A stretch of 63,462 nt of DNA, the filler included, from Acidimicrobiia bacterium (lineage in GTDB: Bacteria; Actinomycetota; Acidimicrobiia; Spongiisociales; SHLN01): the NCBI GenBank assembly GCA_041619515.1. It is 3 parts of 3 records of this genome, joined end to end, with 100 filler letters (N's around TTAATTAATTAA, not from the genome) between each part and the next. Parts side by side here need not be neighbours in the genome. Positions count along the whole stretch, not along the records: positions 1 to 26,600 come from JBFKDW010000039.1; 2 more parts are not named here. One strand, given 5' to 3'. Shown here one piece after another: positions 1 through 10,407 of the stretch. Each line of letters opens with the position of its first letter. Positions within the stretch are counted from its first letter, which is position 1. A model generated the notes under the pieces. That model was not told the DNA's origin. It did no database searches and was given only the letters and a program-made list of their open reading frames with translations. The translations under genes and the position numbers were made by a program.

Positions 1-69
1 CCAAGGAAGGAACCCGGGCGGTAGGAACCCTCCCACGCCGATCGCCTTCCTGTCTGGAAAGGTGATCTT

Positions 70-273
70 ATGTTTCGAAGGCTTGTCAACGAATGGCACA
101 AACTGCGAGGCCGTCCGGATACGCAACGAGTGGTCGAAGAGATCGACAAACTCCGGGACCGTCCCGACACACAACGACTGGTCGAAGAGATCGACAAACT
201 CCGAGATCGTCCCGACACGCAACGAGTGGTCGAAGATGTCCGCAAACGCGCAAATGGAACGCAGGACGACTAG
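70..273 (+). CDS. Small 67-aa protein built from a 16-aa tandem repeat (RPDTQRVVEEIDKLRD)
   Basis: GAAAGGTGA SD-like sequence before ATG70. Differences between repeat copies are mostly synonymous in this frame. Confidence 0.55.
   Translation: MFRRLVNEWHKLRGRPDTQRVVEEIDKLRDRPDTQRLVEEIDKLRDRPDTQRVVEDVRKRANGTQDD
98..237 (+). repeat. 48-bp tandem repeat, about 2.9 copies
   Basis: CGTCC(G/C)GA recurs at 112, 160 and 208, with no unique spacers. Confidence 0.9.
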
Positions 274-855
274 GGATAGAACTGACAGAGGTTGGTTACA
301 TCGAGGGCTCTGAGGAAGGAGCTCGAGATGAGGCCGACTCCACACGGCGGAGCTACACCGAAGTGATGGGTGATGACGGGCGAGATGCCGAGGCAGCTGT
401 GGAGCATCGACGAAATCTTGTACCAGGTCTCGTCATGTTACGGCCAACCTTCTTCAGCCCGCCCAGATCAGCGGCCTCCTCGAGTGAAACCGGGCACCCT
501 CAAGCGTCCTGGAACCGGCACTATGCGCTACCTGTAACGCTATCTGGAAGGACACTCGCCTAGCCGCTCGCAGGTAGCGCATCTATCAATCTGGGGGTCC
601 TGTAAGGCGCTTGTTGGCGTCCGGGATCCGGCACATCATGCAACAGGGGCTGGGGTGCAAACCCCGGATTGTGGGGCGCGGGTCGTCGGAAAGCACCCTT
701 TCGCCCAATTGGGGGCCCTGGCGCCTGGTGCCAGACTGGTGCCCGACCGCCTGGCATGGGTCGTCACCACCCGTCATCTGTTAGCAGCTGATCCGTGGCG
801 AAGTGACGTAGAGCATCGCTATCCGGCACCTTCGATCGTCCTTTCGGAGCCACTA

Positions 856-904
<49 letters not shown>

Positions 905-909
905 GAACG

Positions 910-940
910 GCGAAAGTCAGGCCATGCCTGGCTTTTGTTG
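910..940 (+). terminator. Hairpin plus T-rich tail after the tRNA fragment
   Basis: AAAGTCAGGC-CAT-GCCTGGCTTT followed by TGTTGTTT. Confidence 0.6.
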
Positions 941-1021
941 TTTCCGATGTGAAATCAGGCCTGGTTCAGCAGCCGGCACGGCGACCTAGATTGAACGTGT
1001 GAGCAGCCGAACGCGCACACC

Positions 1022-1831
1022 ATGGTTCGACGAGTCGTGACCCTCATCGCCCCTTTCGCCGTTCTGGTGCTGGCGGTGGTCGGCCTTTTGTGGGTGTTTC
1101 AACGGAGCCTCATCTATTTCCCGGATGGCACCGTTCCGCCCCTCGCTTCCCTACTTCCGGGTGCAGAGGAAGTCTCGTTCCCCACCGAGGACGGGCTCGA
1201 GCTACACGGGTGGCTAGCCCCGGCCGACGGACCGGAGCGGGCGGCGATCGTCGTCTTCAACGGCAACGCGGGCAACCGTGCTGATCGGGCGGACCTGGCA
1301 CGGTCGTTCAGCTCGCATGGCTTCACCACGCTGCTCTTCGACTACCGAGGCTACGGAAACAACCCCGGCCGTCCTTCTCAGACTGGGCTCATCCGCGATG
1401 GGAAGGCGGCGGCGACCTACCTCGCATCGAAAACGTCGGCTCCGCTCCTCCTATTCGGAGAGTCGCTCGGTGCTGCCGTCGCCACCGAGGTCGCCGCCGC
1501 TCATGCTCCGGCGGCGCTGATCCTCCGTTCCCCCTTTTCGTCGCTCGTGGACGTGGGGCGGGATCACTATTGGCTCCTGCCGGTCGGCTGGCTGCTCAAA
1601 GACCGCTGGCCGACTGCCGACCGGATTCAGGAGGTCGCTGCTCCCGTTCTCGTGGTGGCCAGCCGCAAAGACGAGATCGTCGCTTACCGCCGCAGCGAGG
1701 AAGTGTTCACCGCCGCCCGCGAACCCAAAGAGATGGTGACGTTCGAAGACGCCCGCCACAACGACGTCGAACTGACCAGCGGCTCGAGGCTGATCCGGGC
1801 CGTGGTCGACTTCGTCGATGGAGTGGTGTGA
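1022..1831 (+). CDS. Membrane-anchored alpha/beta hydrolase (ABHD13/BEM46-like)
   Basis: N-terminal TM helix, GNAGN, DYRGYG, GESLG nucleophile elbow, C-terminal Asp and His (DEIV, HND). Confidence 0.9.
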   Translation: MVRRVVTLIAPFAVLVLAVVGLLWVFQRSLIYFPDGTVPPLASLLPGAEEVSFPTEDGLELHGWLAPADGPERAAIVVFNGNAGNRADRADLARSFSSHGFTTLLFDYRGYGNNPGRPSQTGLIRDGKAAATYLASKTSAPLLLFGESLGAAVATEVAAAHAPAALILRSPFSSLVDVGRDHYWLLPVGWLLKDRWPTADRIQEVAAPVLVVASRKDEIVAYRRSEEVFTAAREPKEMVTFEDARHNDVELTSGSRLIRAVVDFVDGVV

Positions 1832-2039
1832 AGAGCAGCGACCCAAGGGCAGCACAGAAGGGTGGACGCGACACGAGGGTGCACGACCGTGAACTCGGCG
1901 GGATGAGCGCAGGCCGTCACCTTTGCGGCGTCGGGACTTTTGCCTCTAGCGACCCGAAGAGGGGGTCCGTCACGATCGGCCCAGCGGCGTCCTCCCGACG
2001 CCGTAGGTGTTGCTCGCTATGCGAATGGAAGGAGACCTG

Positions 2040-2345
2040 ATGCTCGTCCATGCCACCCTCCGACACGACGTCGACAACTGTCCCGGCTTCGACCCCGACC
2101 TGCGGGCGAGGGCGATGGAGGCCTATCCCAAGATTGACGAGGTCGCCGCGAAGTTCGGGGTGACCATTCGCGACCTGTATAACGCTGCACCCGATCATGT
2201 CGAGTACCTGGTCATCGAAACCCCGGACAACATGTCCCTCGCCCTGTTCCTCGGCGAGGCACTGCCCTACAAGGTGGATTACGAGACCCATGTCGTCGCT
2301 GATAGAGCGATGATGCGGGAAATGGTTCTCAACCAGATGCCTTAG
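2040..2345 (+). CDS. Small hypothetical protein (possible dimeric alpha/beta-barrel)
   Basis: GAAGGAGA RBS before ATG2040 and coding-like codon usage. Confidence 0.7.
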   Translation: MLVHATLRHDVDNCPGFDPDLRARAMEAYPKIDEVAAKFGVTIRDLYNAAPDHVEYLVIETPDNMSLALFLGEALPYKVDYETHVVADRAMMREMVLNQMP

Positions 2346-2778
2346 CGCGACAGAGCACTCGGGAGAATGGGGGTTACTCAAAGTCGATTGGAGACAACGG
2401 CCATCCGTTATGGGTGACCTCCTGGAACCATCTCGCCTAGCCACAGCGCGAGATCTCACCGTGGCGAAACCTCTGACATCCCGTGGCGTGACCCTCAATT
2501 GGCGACCAATACTGGGAGACCCAAGCTGGAGAAGCGAATCCACCCGGAAACGATCGCGACGCATCGAACGGGCGCCCCGAGCTACCCCCACCGAGCGGCG
2601 GGCCTGATCCAAGACGCAACGGGTCGCGACCGGGCCGGCGACACCGAAGGTCGCACGTTCACATCCCGACAAGGCCTCACCCGGGGCGATGACGTCACGG
2701 AGTACGCCGTCATCGTGCGACCAAGACGGCTTCTCCCAAACCGCGCGTGAGCGGGTCAGATCCCGCCCCCGCTGCCAA

Positions 2779-5289
2779 TCAGGGAAGCCGGACCACCGGC
2801 TTGACTCGTGGCGTTAGGTCGAGGATCGGCTCGACGTCGGCAGAGAGCGCCGGTCGGGCGTACAGGAAGCCCTGGCCCGTCGCACCGCCCAGCCGGCGAA
2901 GCTCCGCAGCCTGCTGCTCGTTCTCTATCCCTTCGGCAATGGCCTCGATTCCGAGTGCGTCGGTCAAGGCGAACAGGGCGCTGGCCACCGCGGTGGATGT
3001 CGGTTGATCGCTTCGAATGGCGCGGACGAACGACTTGTCGATCTTGATGAAGTCGATGGGAAGCGTCTGCACGAACGTCAACGAAGACGTGCCGGTGCCG
3101 AAGTCGTCGAGGCCCAGCCCCACACCCAGCTCGTGCAGCGCCGAAACCTCCCTGATAGCCGAATGCGACGTCCCGACGAGCGCATTCTCCGTCACCTCCA
3201 ACCGCAGCTGACCCGGCTCGAGACCCGAACTCGCCAGTGCGGAGCGAACCATGTCGGGGAACTCGGCCCGCCCGAGCTGGCGCCCGGAGACGTTGACGGC
3301 CACCCACAACGGCCGCTCGCGACGCCGGTTCCAGCTGGCCATCGTCTTGCACGCCTCACGCAACACCTGGGCACCGATGTCGACGATCACCCCGGACTCC
3401 TCCGCCGTCTCCAGGAACCGTCCCGGCAAGAGCAACCCATTCGTCGGGTGACGCCATCGGACGAGCGCCTCGACCCCCTTGGGACGTTTCGTCCTGAGAT
3501 CGACGATCGGTTGGTAGACGACCTCGAACTGATCGGCGGCGACGGCCTTGCGAAGGTCTACCTCCAGCAAGCGGCGCTTCTCGGCCTTGCCGGAGAGGTT
3601 CTCCGAGTACAGCTCCCAACGCGCCCGGCCCCGTTCCTTGGCGACGAACATGGCGGTGTCTGCATCTCGGAGCACGGCAAGGGGGTTCTCGGTCCTGGCC
3701 TCGGACGGGGAAATCGTGACGATCCCGATCGACACCGACACATGTGCCTGGTCGCCGTCGAGCTCGACCGTCGGCTCGACCACGGCCCGGATATGCTCCG
3801 CCACCGGGATCACCTCCTCGGGACGGGCCAGGCCGCCGGCGATCACGACGAACTCGTCCCCTCCGATGCGGGCAACCGTGTCGACGCCTCGGATTGCACC
3901 GGCGAGACGCCCGGCGATCTCCACGAGCAGCCGATCACCTGCGATGTGGCCGAGGCTGTCGTTGACGATCTTGAACCGATCCAGGTCGCAGAACAGCACG
4001 CCCAGCCAGGTCCCCTCACGGGCAGCCCGGGCGAGCTCGTGCTCCAACCGATCCAGCATCAGCGCCCGATTCGGCAGACCTGTGAGCGGGTCGTGCATCG
4101 CCCGATTGAGCAGCGCCGAGTTGGCCTGCTCGAGCTCCCCGTTGCTTTCCTCGAGGTGCCGGTTGGTGGTCACGAGCTCCGCCGTCATCCGGTTCACCGA
4201 ATGTGCCAGCTCGGCCAGCTCCCGGGGACCGCGTACCGGCGCCCGCCGGTTGCTGTGCCCGCCGGCGACCGCCACCGCCGCGTTCCGCAACGAGCGCAAC
4301 GGGCTCGTCAGGCGTCTGGTCAGCACGTACGTGAGGACTGCCGCTCCCGTCAGCGCCAGCAACACCGAGCCGAGCAGATTTTTCACCAGGCTGGTGATCG
4401 GTGCGAGAGCTTCCGATCGATCGATCTTCACGACCAGGCCGAGGTCGCCCGGCAGCGATCGGGACACGGCGAACACTGGCTCGCCTCGATAATCCACCGC
4501 GTCGGTCATCGTGAGCTCGAGACCGGCGAGCGCATGGTTGATCGGGAGCTTCGTTTCTCTGGCAACCCGGCGTTGGAGGGCGGCCCCGGGGTCGAAGCGG
4601 AGGGGAGTCACGAAGAGCGCGGCGCCGGATGGGTCGAGCTCGGCGATGATGGTCTCACCCGTTTGTCCCATGCCGGTGAAGTCGCCCGTGAGGTCCCACA
4701 GCGGCGCGGTCGAGGCGTCGATCACGAGCGTCGCCGCTTCGCCGTCGATGTGGAGCATGGAGTACACCCGCAGCACCGGCCGGTCATCGCGGCCCATCAC
4801 GACATCTCCAATCAGCTGCTGGACTCCCGTGTCGGAGGCATCGATGTGCTCAATGGAACCGACCCGGGAGGGGTCGTCGGCTGCGATCACGAGGCCGTCG
4901 CTGGTGAGGACGGCGGCTGCCTCGATGATGGGAACGTTGTCCACGGCGTGGCGCAGGCTTTCCGCGATGCCGACCTGTACGGGACCGGCGGGTTCCAAGA
5001 GCGCCGCCGCGCGTTCCTGCAGCTGGTGCCGGCTCACGACCAGTGACGATGCTTCCTGTGCGCGGGCGAGGTAGGCCCGGGCCCGGGCTGCTTGAACATT
5101 GCCGAGGGCCGTCAGCCTGTCGACGGCGTCACGTTTGATCTGGGCGCGTTGTTCGCCGAAGAGCGACACCGCGAACACTCCGCTCGGGACAACCGCCACG
5201 ATGACGAGAGCGGCGGCCAGCACCCAGGCGACTGAGAGCCGCCGGCGGCTGGATAGGGCTTCGCTCTTCCGAACACCGGGGTGTTCCAC
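2779..5289 (-). CDS. Sensor diguanylate cyclase/phosphodiesterase (TM-Cache-like-TM-HAMP-GGDEF-EAL)
   Basis: HDPLTGLPNR, RxxD I-site before an intact GGDEF, EAL and DDFGTG motifs, two TM helices. Start uncertain (ORF open to 5352). Confidence 0.93.
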   Translation of the reverse strand: MEHPGVRKSEALSSRRRLSVAWVLAAALVIVAVVPSGVFAVSLFGEQRAQIKRDAVDRLTALGNVQAARARAYLARAQEASSLVVSRHQLQERAAALLEPAGPVQVGIAESLRHAVDNVPIIEAAAVLTSDGLVIAADDPSRVGSIEHIDASDTGVQQLIGDVVMGRDDRPVLRVYSMLHIDGEAATLVIDASTAPLWDLTGDFTGMGQTGETIIAELDPSGAALFVTPLRFDPGAALQRRVARETKLPINHALAGLELTMTDAVDYRGEPVFAVSRSLPGDLGLVVKIDRSEALAPITSLVKNLLGSVLLALTGAAVLTYVLTRRLTSPLRSLRNAAVAVAGGHSNRRAPVRGPRELAELAHSVNRMTAELVTTNRHLEESNGELEQANSALLNRAMHDPLTGLPNRALMLDRLEHELARAAREGTWLGVLFCDLDRFKIVNDSLGHIAGDRLLVEIAGRLAGAIRGVDTVARIGGDEFVVIAGGLARPEEVIPVAEHIRAVVEPTVELDGDQAHVSVSIGIVTISPSEARTENPLAVLRDADTAMFVAKERGRARWELYSENLSGKAEKRRLLEVDLRKAVAADQFEVVYQPIVDLRTKRPKGVEALVRWRHPTNGLLLPGRFLETAEESGVIVDIGAQVLREACKTMASWNRRRERPLWVAVNVSGRQLGRAEFPDMVRSALASSGLEPGQLRLEVTENALVGTSHSAIREVSALHELGVGLGLDDFGTGTSSLTFVQTLPIDFIKIDKSFVRAIRSDQPTSTAVASALFALTDALGIEAIAEGIENEQQAAELRRLGGATGQGFLYARPALSADVEPILDLTPRVKPVVRLP

Positions 5290-5502
5290 AGGGTTTCCCT
5301 TGTTGGAGGGGCCGCCCAACCCATGCCAGCGCTGCCCTGTCCATCGGCACACGAAAACCGCCGCTCAAGCAATTGTTGGGGCCGGCCGCGGCAAGCATGT
5401 GTCCCGCGTGGTAATCGGGACTGGGGCGGCGTCGATTCCCGGGGCATCTTCTGCCCCGTCACCGGCGCCGCCTACCTGCCCAACGCGGCCGGACCGCGCG
5501 GC

Positions 5503-8052
5503 TCACTCGTAGGCGATGGCGTCGAGCACGTTGAGTTTGGCTGCCTTCCTCGCCGGTGACGTAGCCGCCAGGATCCCGGCGACTCCGGCGATCAGGAACA
5601 CCACCAGGACCGAAGCCAGCGGCACGGCGAACGTGTCGATCCCGATGCCGGCAGACGCCTGCACGACGATCCAGCCGAAGAAGAACCCGACACCGACTCC
5701 GAGGACCGCCCCGAACACGGCGACGATGAGCGCTTCGTAGCGGATCATGCGCCGGACCTGGCGCCGAGTCATGCCGACCGCCCGCAGCAAGCCGATCTCA
5801 CGGGTACGTTCGAGCACCGACAGCGCCAGGGTGTTGGTGATGCCCATGAGGGCAATCAGGATCGCCAACACCAGCAGTACCGTCAGGAAGACCAGCGCCT
5901 GGTCGAGGGACTCCTCGAAACTCGCCTTGTACTCGGCCTGGCTCTGGAACTCGACGTTTGCGTACGCCTCCGAGAGCGGAGCGATCGCAGCCATCCCCTG
6001 CTCGGGGGTGACCCCTTCCGCGAAGTCGGCGAACACCGCCGAGTCGTAGGCCCCGGCGAAATTGGCGTCGAAGGTGACATATCCGAGGTTGTAGTTGCCG
6101 GTGAAGGCCTCCTCCCCCTCGTAGATCCCGACCACCTCGATGGCCTGCATCCCGGTGCGGACGAACTCGACCGGAACGCTGTCGCCCACCGACCAGCCGT
6201 TCTCGTCCGCCCGCTCGGCCCGGACGATCATGGTGCCGGGCTCGGCCAGGCGATCGATGCCGCCGGCGGTGAACTCAACGTTGGCCACCGCCAGAATCCG
6301 CGTCGGGTCGATGCCGTTGACAAACCGGGTCGCTCCGTCGAAGCGGGCCTCTCCGGCGCGGACACCCGTGGCGACCGCCACCTCGGGCAGGGCTTCGAGA
6401 TCGACCGCCAGCTGCGGGCTGATCGGGTTGGGCGGCCCGTCGCCCGGTTCGGCGACGATGACATCGGCGGCGAGCGCCCGGTCGATGGCACCCACGAAGG
6501 ACACCTTGAGCGACTCGTTGAAGATCAGGAAGAAGCTGACGAGCGCTATGCCGATCATCAGCGCCCCGGCGGTCGCCGCGGTACGGACCGGCCGGCGCCC
6601 GGCGTTCTCGCGGGCCAGCTTCCCGGTCATGCCAAACAGCCGGCGGGCCGGGAAACCGATGATGCGGGCCATGCGGCCGGCGATGAGGGGACTCAGCAAC
6701 GCCACCCCGAGGAAGAAGACCAGGGCTCCGGCCCCCACGAACGCCAATTCGAACGGTGGGTCGAAGTACAAGCCGTCCACGAGGAGCACGATCCCAATGA
6801 TGGTGACCAGGCTCCCGGACAGCAGGCGCTGCCGGCTGACCCGTTCGCCATCGTGATGAATGTCTCGCATGGCCGCCACCGGCGGCACCCGCGAGGCCGT
6901 GATGGCCGGGGAGATGGCCGCGGCGGTCGTGACGATGATTCCAACCGACATCCCGACGATCGCCGTTCTGGGCTTGAACACCAGTCCGGCCGACGGCAGG
7001 TCGACCCCGAGGGCGGAGAACGCCCCCGTGAGGCCCATGGCCACCAGGGCACCGGCCCCCACTCCAATGACCGAGGCGATGACGGCGATCACCAGGCTCT
7101 CCAGCAACACCATCCTCTGGACCTGGCCGCCGGTGGCACCCACCGCCCGGTAGAGGGCCATCTCGCGCGTCCGTTGCGCGACGATGATCGAGAAGGTGTT
7201 GGCGATGGTGAAGGCCCCCACGAACAACGCCACGCCGGCGAACACGAGCAGGGCGGTGTTGAAGATGCTGATGGCCGAGTCGGTGAGGTCGGTCTGTTCC
7301 TGAACAAGCGCGTCCTGGCCGATGACCTCGATGTCGTTCGGCAGGATTCGATCGATCGCCCCGATGAGCGCGTCGGCGTCGACCCCGTCGGCGGCGGCCA
7401 CGTTGATCTCGACGAAGCCGGCCACGTTCATCACCCTCTGGGCGGTGGGGACCACCCAGGCAACGTTGGTGGAGCCGAGCAGGTTGTCGACCTCATCGAA
7501 CCCGAAAGTCCCGACCAGCGTGTACTGCTCGGTGCCGCTCTCGGTGATGATGGTGACTCGGTCACCAACCACGAACCCGTTGTCGACGGCGGTGCCGGCA
7601 TCCATCGTCACCTCGTCGGGCGCCTCGGGGGCGCGCCCGGTGCGAAGATCGGCGATGTTGAGCTCCTCCGCCCCCTCCGACCAGCTGAATCCGAGGGTCG
7701 GCGCTTGCGGCTGGATGGCGTTTCCGCTCTTGTCGACGATGATCGCCCAGCCGTACACCGAGCCATCCGCCGCCGCCACCTCGGGCAGTGCTCGGATCTC
7801 GCCGAGCAGCTCAGCCGAAACCGGCTCCCGGCCGCTCGTGAAGCCCTGGTCGGATGTGAACGGAGCCTCGGTGCGGACCTGGGCGTCGATCCCTTCATTC
7901 AGGATTCCGAACAGGTCATCGAAGGACGAGCGCAGCGTGTCGGTGAGAATGAACGTCCCGGCAACGAAGGCCACTCCCGCCACAATGGATAATGCGGTGC
8001 GTATGAGGCGGCCGCGATGGCCGGCCAGCCCCTTCAGTGCTGCCTTGAACAT
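5503..8052 (-). CDS. FtsX/MacB-type ABC transporter permease (duplicated FtsX domains)
   Basis: Two R-T-R-E-x-x-L-x-R-A-V-G motifs, many TM helices, large extracytoplasmic loops. Confidence 0.93.
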   Translation of the reverse strand: MFKAALKGLAGHRGRLIRTALSIVAGVAFVAGTFILTDTLRSSFDDLFGILNEGIDAQVRTEAPFTSDQGFTSGREPVSAELLGEIRALPEVAAADGSVYGWAIIVDKSGNAIQPQAPTLGFSWSEGAEELNIADLRTGRAPEAPDEVTMDAGTAVDNGFVVGDRVTIITESGTEQYTLVGTFGFDEVDNLLGSTNVAWVVPTAQRVMNVAGFVEINVAAADGVDADALIGAIDRILPNDIEVIGQDALVQEQTDLTDSAISIFNTALLVFAGVALFVGAFTIANTFSIIVAQRTREMALYRAVGATGGQVQRMVLLESLVIAVIASVIGVGAGALVAMGLTGAFSALGVDLPSAGLVFKPRTAIVGMSVGIIVTTAAAISPAITASRVPPVAAMRDIHHDGERVSRQRLLSGSLVTIIGIVLLVDGLYFDPPFELAFVGAGALVFFLGVALLSPLIAGRMARIIGFPARRLFGMTGKLARENAGRRPVRTAATAGALMIGIALVSFFLIFNESLKVSFVGAIDRALAADVIVAEPGDGPPNPISPQLAVDLEALPEVAVATGVRAGEARFDGATRFVNGIDPTRILAVANVEFTAGGIDRLAEPGTMIVRAERADENGWSVGDSVPVEFVRTGMQAIEVVGIYEGEEAFTGNYNLGYVTFDANFAGAYDSAVFADFAEGVTPEQGMAAIAPLSEAYANVEFQSQAEYKASFEESLDQALVFLTVLLVLAILIALMGITNTLALSVLERTREIGLLRAVGMTRRQVRRMIRYEALIVAVFGAVLGVGVGFFFGWIVVQASAGIGIDTFAVPLASVLVVFLIAGVAGILAATSPARKAAKLNVLDAIAYE

Positions 8053-8053
8053 C

Positions 8054-8824
8054 TCACGCCTCCATCATCTTCAGGTGATCGAACACCTTGGTGGAGGTCG
8101 GGCTGCGCATCTCGTCTACTGCCCGCCCGTCGGCCAGGAACACCACTCGATCGGCGTAGGCGGCGTCGAGCGGATTGTGGGTGACCATGACAATGGTCTG
8201 GTTGAGATCCGTCACCGCCATTCGCATGAATCCGAGGAGCTCGCTGCCGGACTTGGAATCGAGGTTCCCCGACGGTTCGTCGGCAAAGACGATCTCGGGA
8301 CGAGCGACCAGCGCCCGGGCGGCGGCCACCCGCTGCTGCTGTCCACCAGACAGCTCGGAGGGACGGTGTCGGAGCCGATCGGCCAGTCCCAGGGTTTCGA
8401 TGACCTGCTCGTACCACTCAGGGTTTGGCTTTTCGCCGGCGATGTCTTCGGGAAGCGTGATGTTCTCGGCGGCATTGAGGGTGGGGATGAGATTGAAGGC
8501 CTGGAAGATGAACCCGACCTTCTCCCGACGCAGCAACGTGAGCTCCTTGTCCCGCAACGTGGTCAGATCCACCTCACCGATGAAGGTACGGCCCTCGGTG
8601 AGTGCATCGAGCCCCGCCAGGCAGTGCAGGAGCGTCGACTTGCCCGAGCCCGAAGGGCCCATGATGGCGGTGAACTCCCCGGCCGGGAACTCCAGCGAGA
8701 TGCCGTCGAGGGCCCTCACCTCGGCGGCGCCGGCTCCATACACCTTCACTGCCCCCTCAGCTCGGGCAGCGGCCACTCCTGGAGCCGGAGTGGCTGGGGT
8801 TTTCTCTCGTAACGTGTGCGTCAT
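8054..8824 (-). CDS. ABC transporter ATP-binding protein (LolD/MacB family)
   Basis: GPSGSGKST, LSGGQQQRVA, ADEP and VTH motifs. Confidence 0.95.
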   Translation of the reverse strand: MTHTLREKTPATPAPGVAAARAEGAVKVYGAGAAEVRALDGISLEFPAGEFTAIMGPSGSGKSTLLHCLAGLDALTEGRTFIGEVDLTTLRDKELTLLRREKVGFIFQAFNLIPTLNAAENITLPEDIAGEKPNPEWYEQVIETLGLADRLRHRPSELSGGQQQRVAAARALVARPEIVFADEPSGNLDSKSGSELLGFMRMAVTDLNQTIVMVTHNPLDAAYADRVVFLADGRAVDEMRSPTSTKVFDHLKMMEA

Positions 8825-9145
8825 GGGCCCTCCTCGATCGCAAAGCGTGATGAGCGAGATCGATCGGGTGGCCGAGCAGTCGCCGACCGGATTCCCGACA
8901 GCTCCCCCTCATCTCTCGACCTACGCGGTATCGGTATCCCCCACGAACCGCCAGAGGACAACGGCCCAAAGACCCTGAATCTCCCACCCGAGCCCTGTGC
9001 GTGTGCTGCGTCTTGCCCCGCCGAGCGTCACGAGTGATCTGAAGTCAGCGCAGGCATCACGGCGTGAGACGTTCGTCGGGCGGGCGTCGGCCGACCTCAG
9101 GAAGAGAGCCGTGGCCCGGTGCGGCACAGGACGGCCGAGCGGCTG

Positions 9146-9436
9146 TTACGAATGGTCGAGGCGGGCCGCCACCTCGAAGACCGTCCTGGCAGGTTCGGCA
9201 CCGGCTGCGCGGAACATGAGAACGCCCTCCGGCGTCTCGACCGACGCCAGGTATCCGTCGAGGGCTTCCCGGCTCTCCCACACGGTGACCATCTTCCACA
9301 TATCGGTGTCGGCAGCGCGGAGGAGGGACGATTCGATGATGAATGACGGCAGAGAACCGCCGGCAGCCTGGAACCGGCTGACGAGCCCGTCGGATTGGTC
9401 TTCCTCGACGGGCGCTTCGAGCATTGTGACAATCAT
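9146..9436 (-). CDS. ABM-like (antibiotic biosynthesis monooxygenase fold) small protein
   Basis: VTVWESREAL motif and AGGAGG RBS before ATG9436. Confidence 0.7.
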   Translation of the reverse strand: MIVTMLEAPVEEDQSDGLVSRFQAAGGSLPSFIIESSLLRAADTDMWKMVTVWESREALDGYLASVETPEGVLMFRAAGAEPARTVFEVAARLDHS

Positions 9437-9554
9437 GGTCGACCTCCTAACCAAGCCTTCCCGGGTGTGAGGCGAAGCCTACGCGTCACGCCCCACCGGC
9501 GGCTCGGCCACACCAAGGCTCTAGCATCGGTGGATCATCCTGAGGGGGCGTGCG

Positions 9555-10316
9555 ATTCGCATTCTCGTGACGGGCGGCAAGGGAGACCTTGGCCGCCGGG
9601 TTGTTCCCCGCCTGGTCGACGCAGGCCACGACGTGATGGTGGGAACCCGCTCGCCGCAGCCGCGCCCGGACGGGGCCCGCGAGCAGCCCTACAGCTTGGA
9701 TCCCGGGTTCGAGCTGGAGGGCGTGCTGGCCGGGGTCGAGGGGGTAATCCACCTGGCGACCGATCCGTTCAGGAGCCGCCGGGACGTGGCCGGCACGGCC
9801 GGCTTGCTCGAGGCGGCGGCCGCCTCCGGCACCCGTCACCTGCTGTACGTCTCGATCGTCGGCATCGACGATCATCCGTATCCCTACTACCGGGCGAAAG
9901 CGGCGTGCGAGCAGCTCATCGAGAAGGGGCCGGTGCCGTGGACGATCCTGCGGGCAACACAGTTTCATTCGCTGACGAAGACATTCGCCGATCAGTTTCG
10001 ACGGGCACCCGTCGTCCTGTTCCCATCGGGGATCCCGTTTCAACCCGTCGACGGCGACACCGTTGCCGAGCGGGTGGTCGAGCTGGTCACCGGGTCGCCC
10101 CGGGCCCGGGCCGAGGATGTCGGCGGACCCGACGTGCTCGACCTCAAAACGTCCATCGAGCAGTACCTGCGGGCCACCGGAAGCCGCAAGCCGGTGTGGC
10201 CGCTGCCGGTGTTGGGAGCGTCGATCAGGGCGTTTCGATCCGGGGCCCTCCTCACTCCCAACAAGGCAGGAGGCCGCTCGTTCGCCGAATGGTTGGCAGA
10301 GCTGAGCACCGGGTAG
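9555..10316 (+). CDS. Atypical SDR / NAD(P)H-binding protein (NmrA/epimerase-like)
   Basis: RILVTGGKGDLG Rossmann start, VSIVG, YYRAK, RATQF. The natural start position is ATT9555. Confidence 0.88.
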   Translation: MRILVTGGKGDLGRRVVPRLVDAGHDVMVGTRSPQPRPDGAREQPYSLDPGFELEGVLAGVEGVIHLATDPFRSRRDVAGTAGLLEAAAASGTRHLLYVSIVGIDDHPYPYYRAKAACEQLIEKGPVPWTILRATQFHSLTKTFADQFRRAPVVLFPSGIPFQPVDGDTVAERVVELVTGSPRARAEDVGGPDVLDLKTSIEQYLRATGSRKPVWPLPVLGASIRAFRSGALLTPNKAGGRSFAEWLAELSTG

Positions 10317-10407
10317 GCGGCCGACAGCAACCGGCGAGGCCCGAGAGCTCCGAGGTGCCCTGACCGTCTGGGATCAAGCTTCTGTGCCAGCGGCCGATGG
10401 TTGCCGC

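Noticed and set aside
4..51. Hairpin AGGAAGG/CCTTCCT as a riboswitch or leader RNA
   Set aside because: At the window edge, short stems in GC-rich DNA, and no motif I recognise. Needs an Rfam scan.
98..237. Possible CRISPR array
   Set aside because: Head-to-tail 48-bp units with no unique spacers, in frame within an ORF, and no cas genes.
640..720. GGGGTGCAAACCCC hairpin as a c-di-GMP riboswitch
   Set aside because: The rest of the conserved architecture is missing and no gene is suitably placed downstream.
2346..2778. Short ORFs 2410-2607 and 2499-2750
   Set aside because: No RBS or recognisable motif; treated as intergenic or degraded DNA.
3004..5046. 680-aa plus-strand ORF and similar long antisense ORFs (e.g. 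7322-8812, 14829-16220, 56993-58765)
   Set aside because: Shadows of well-supported genes on the opposite strand, expected at high GC.
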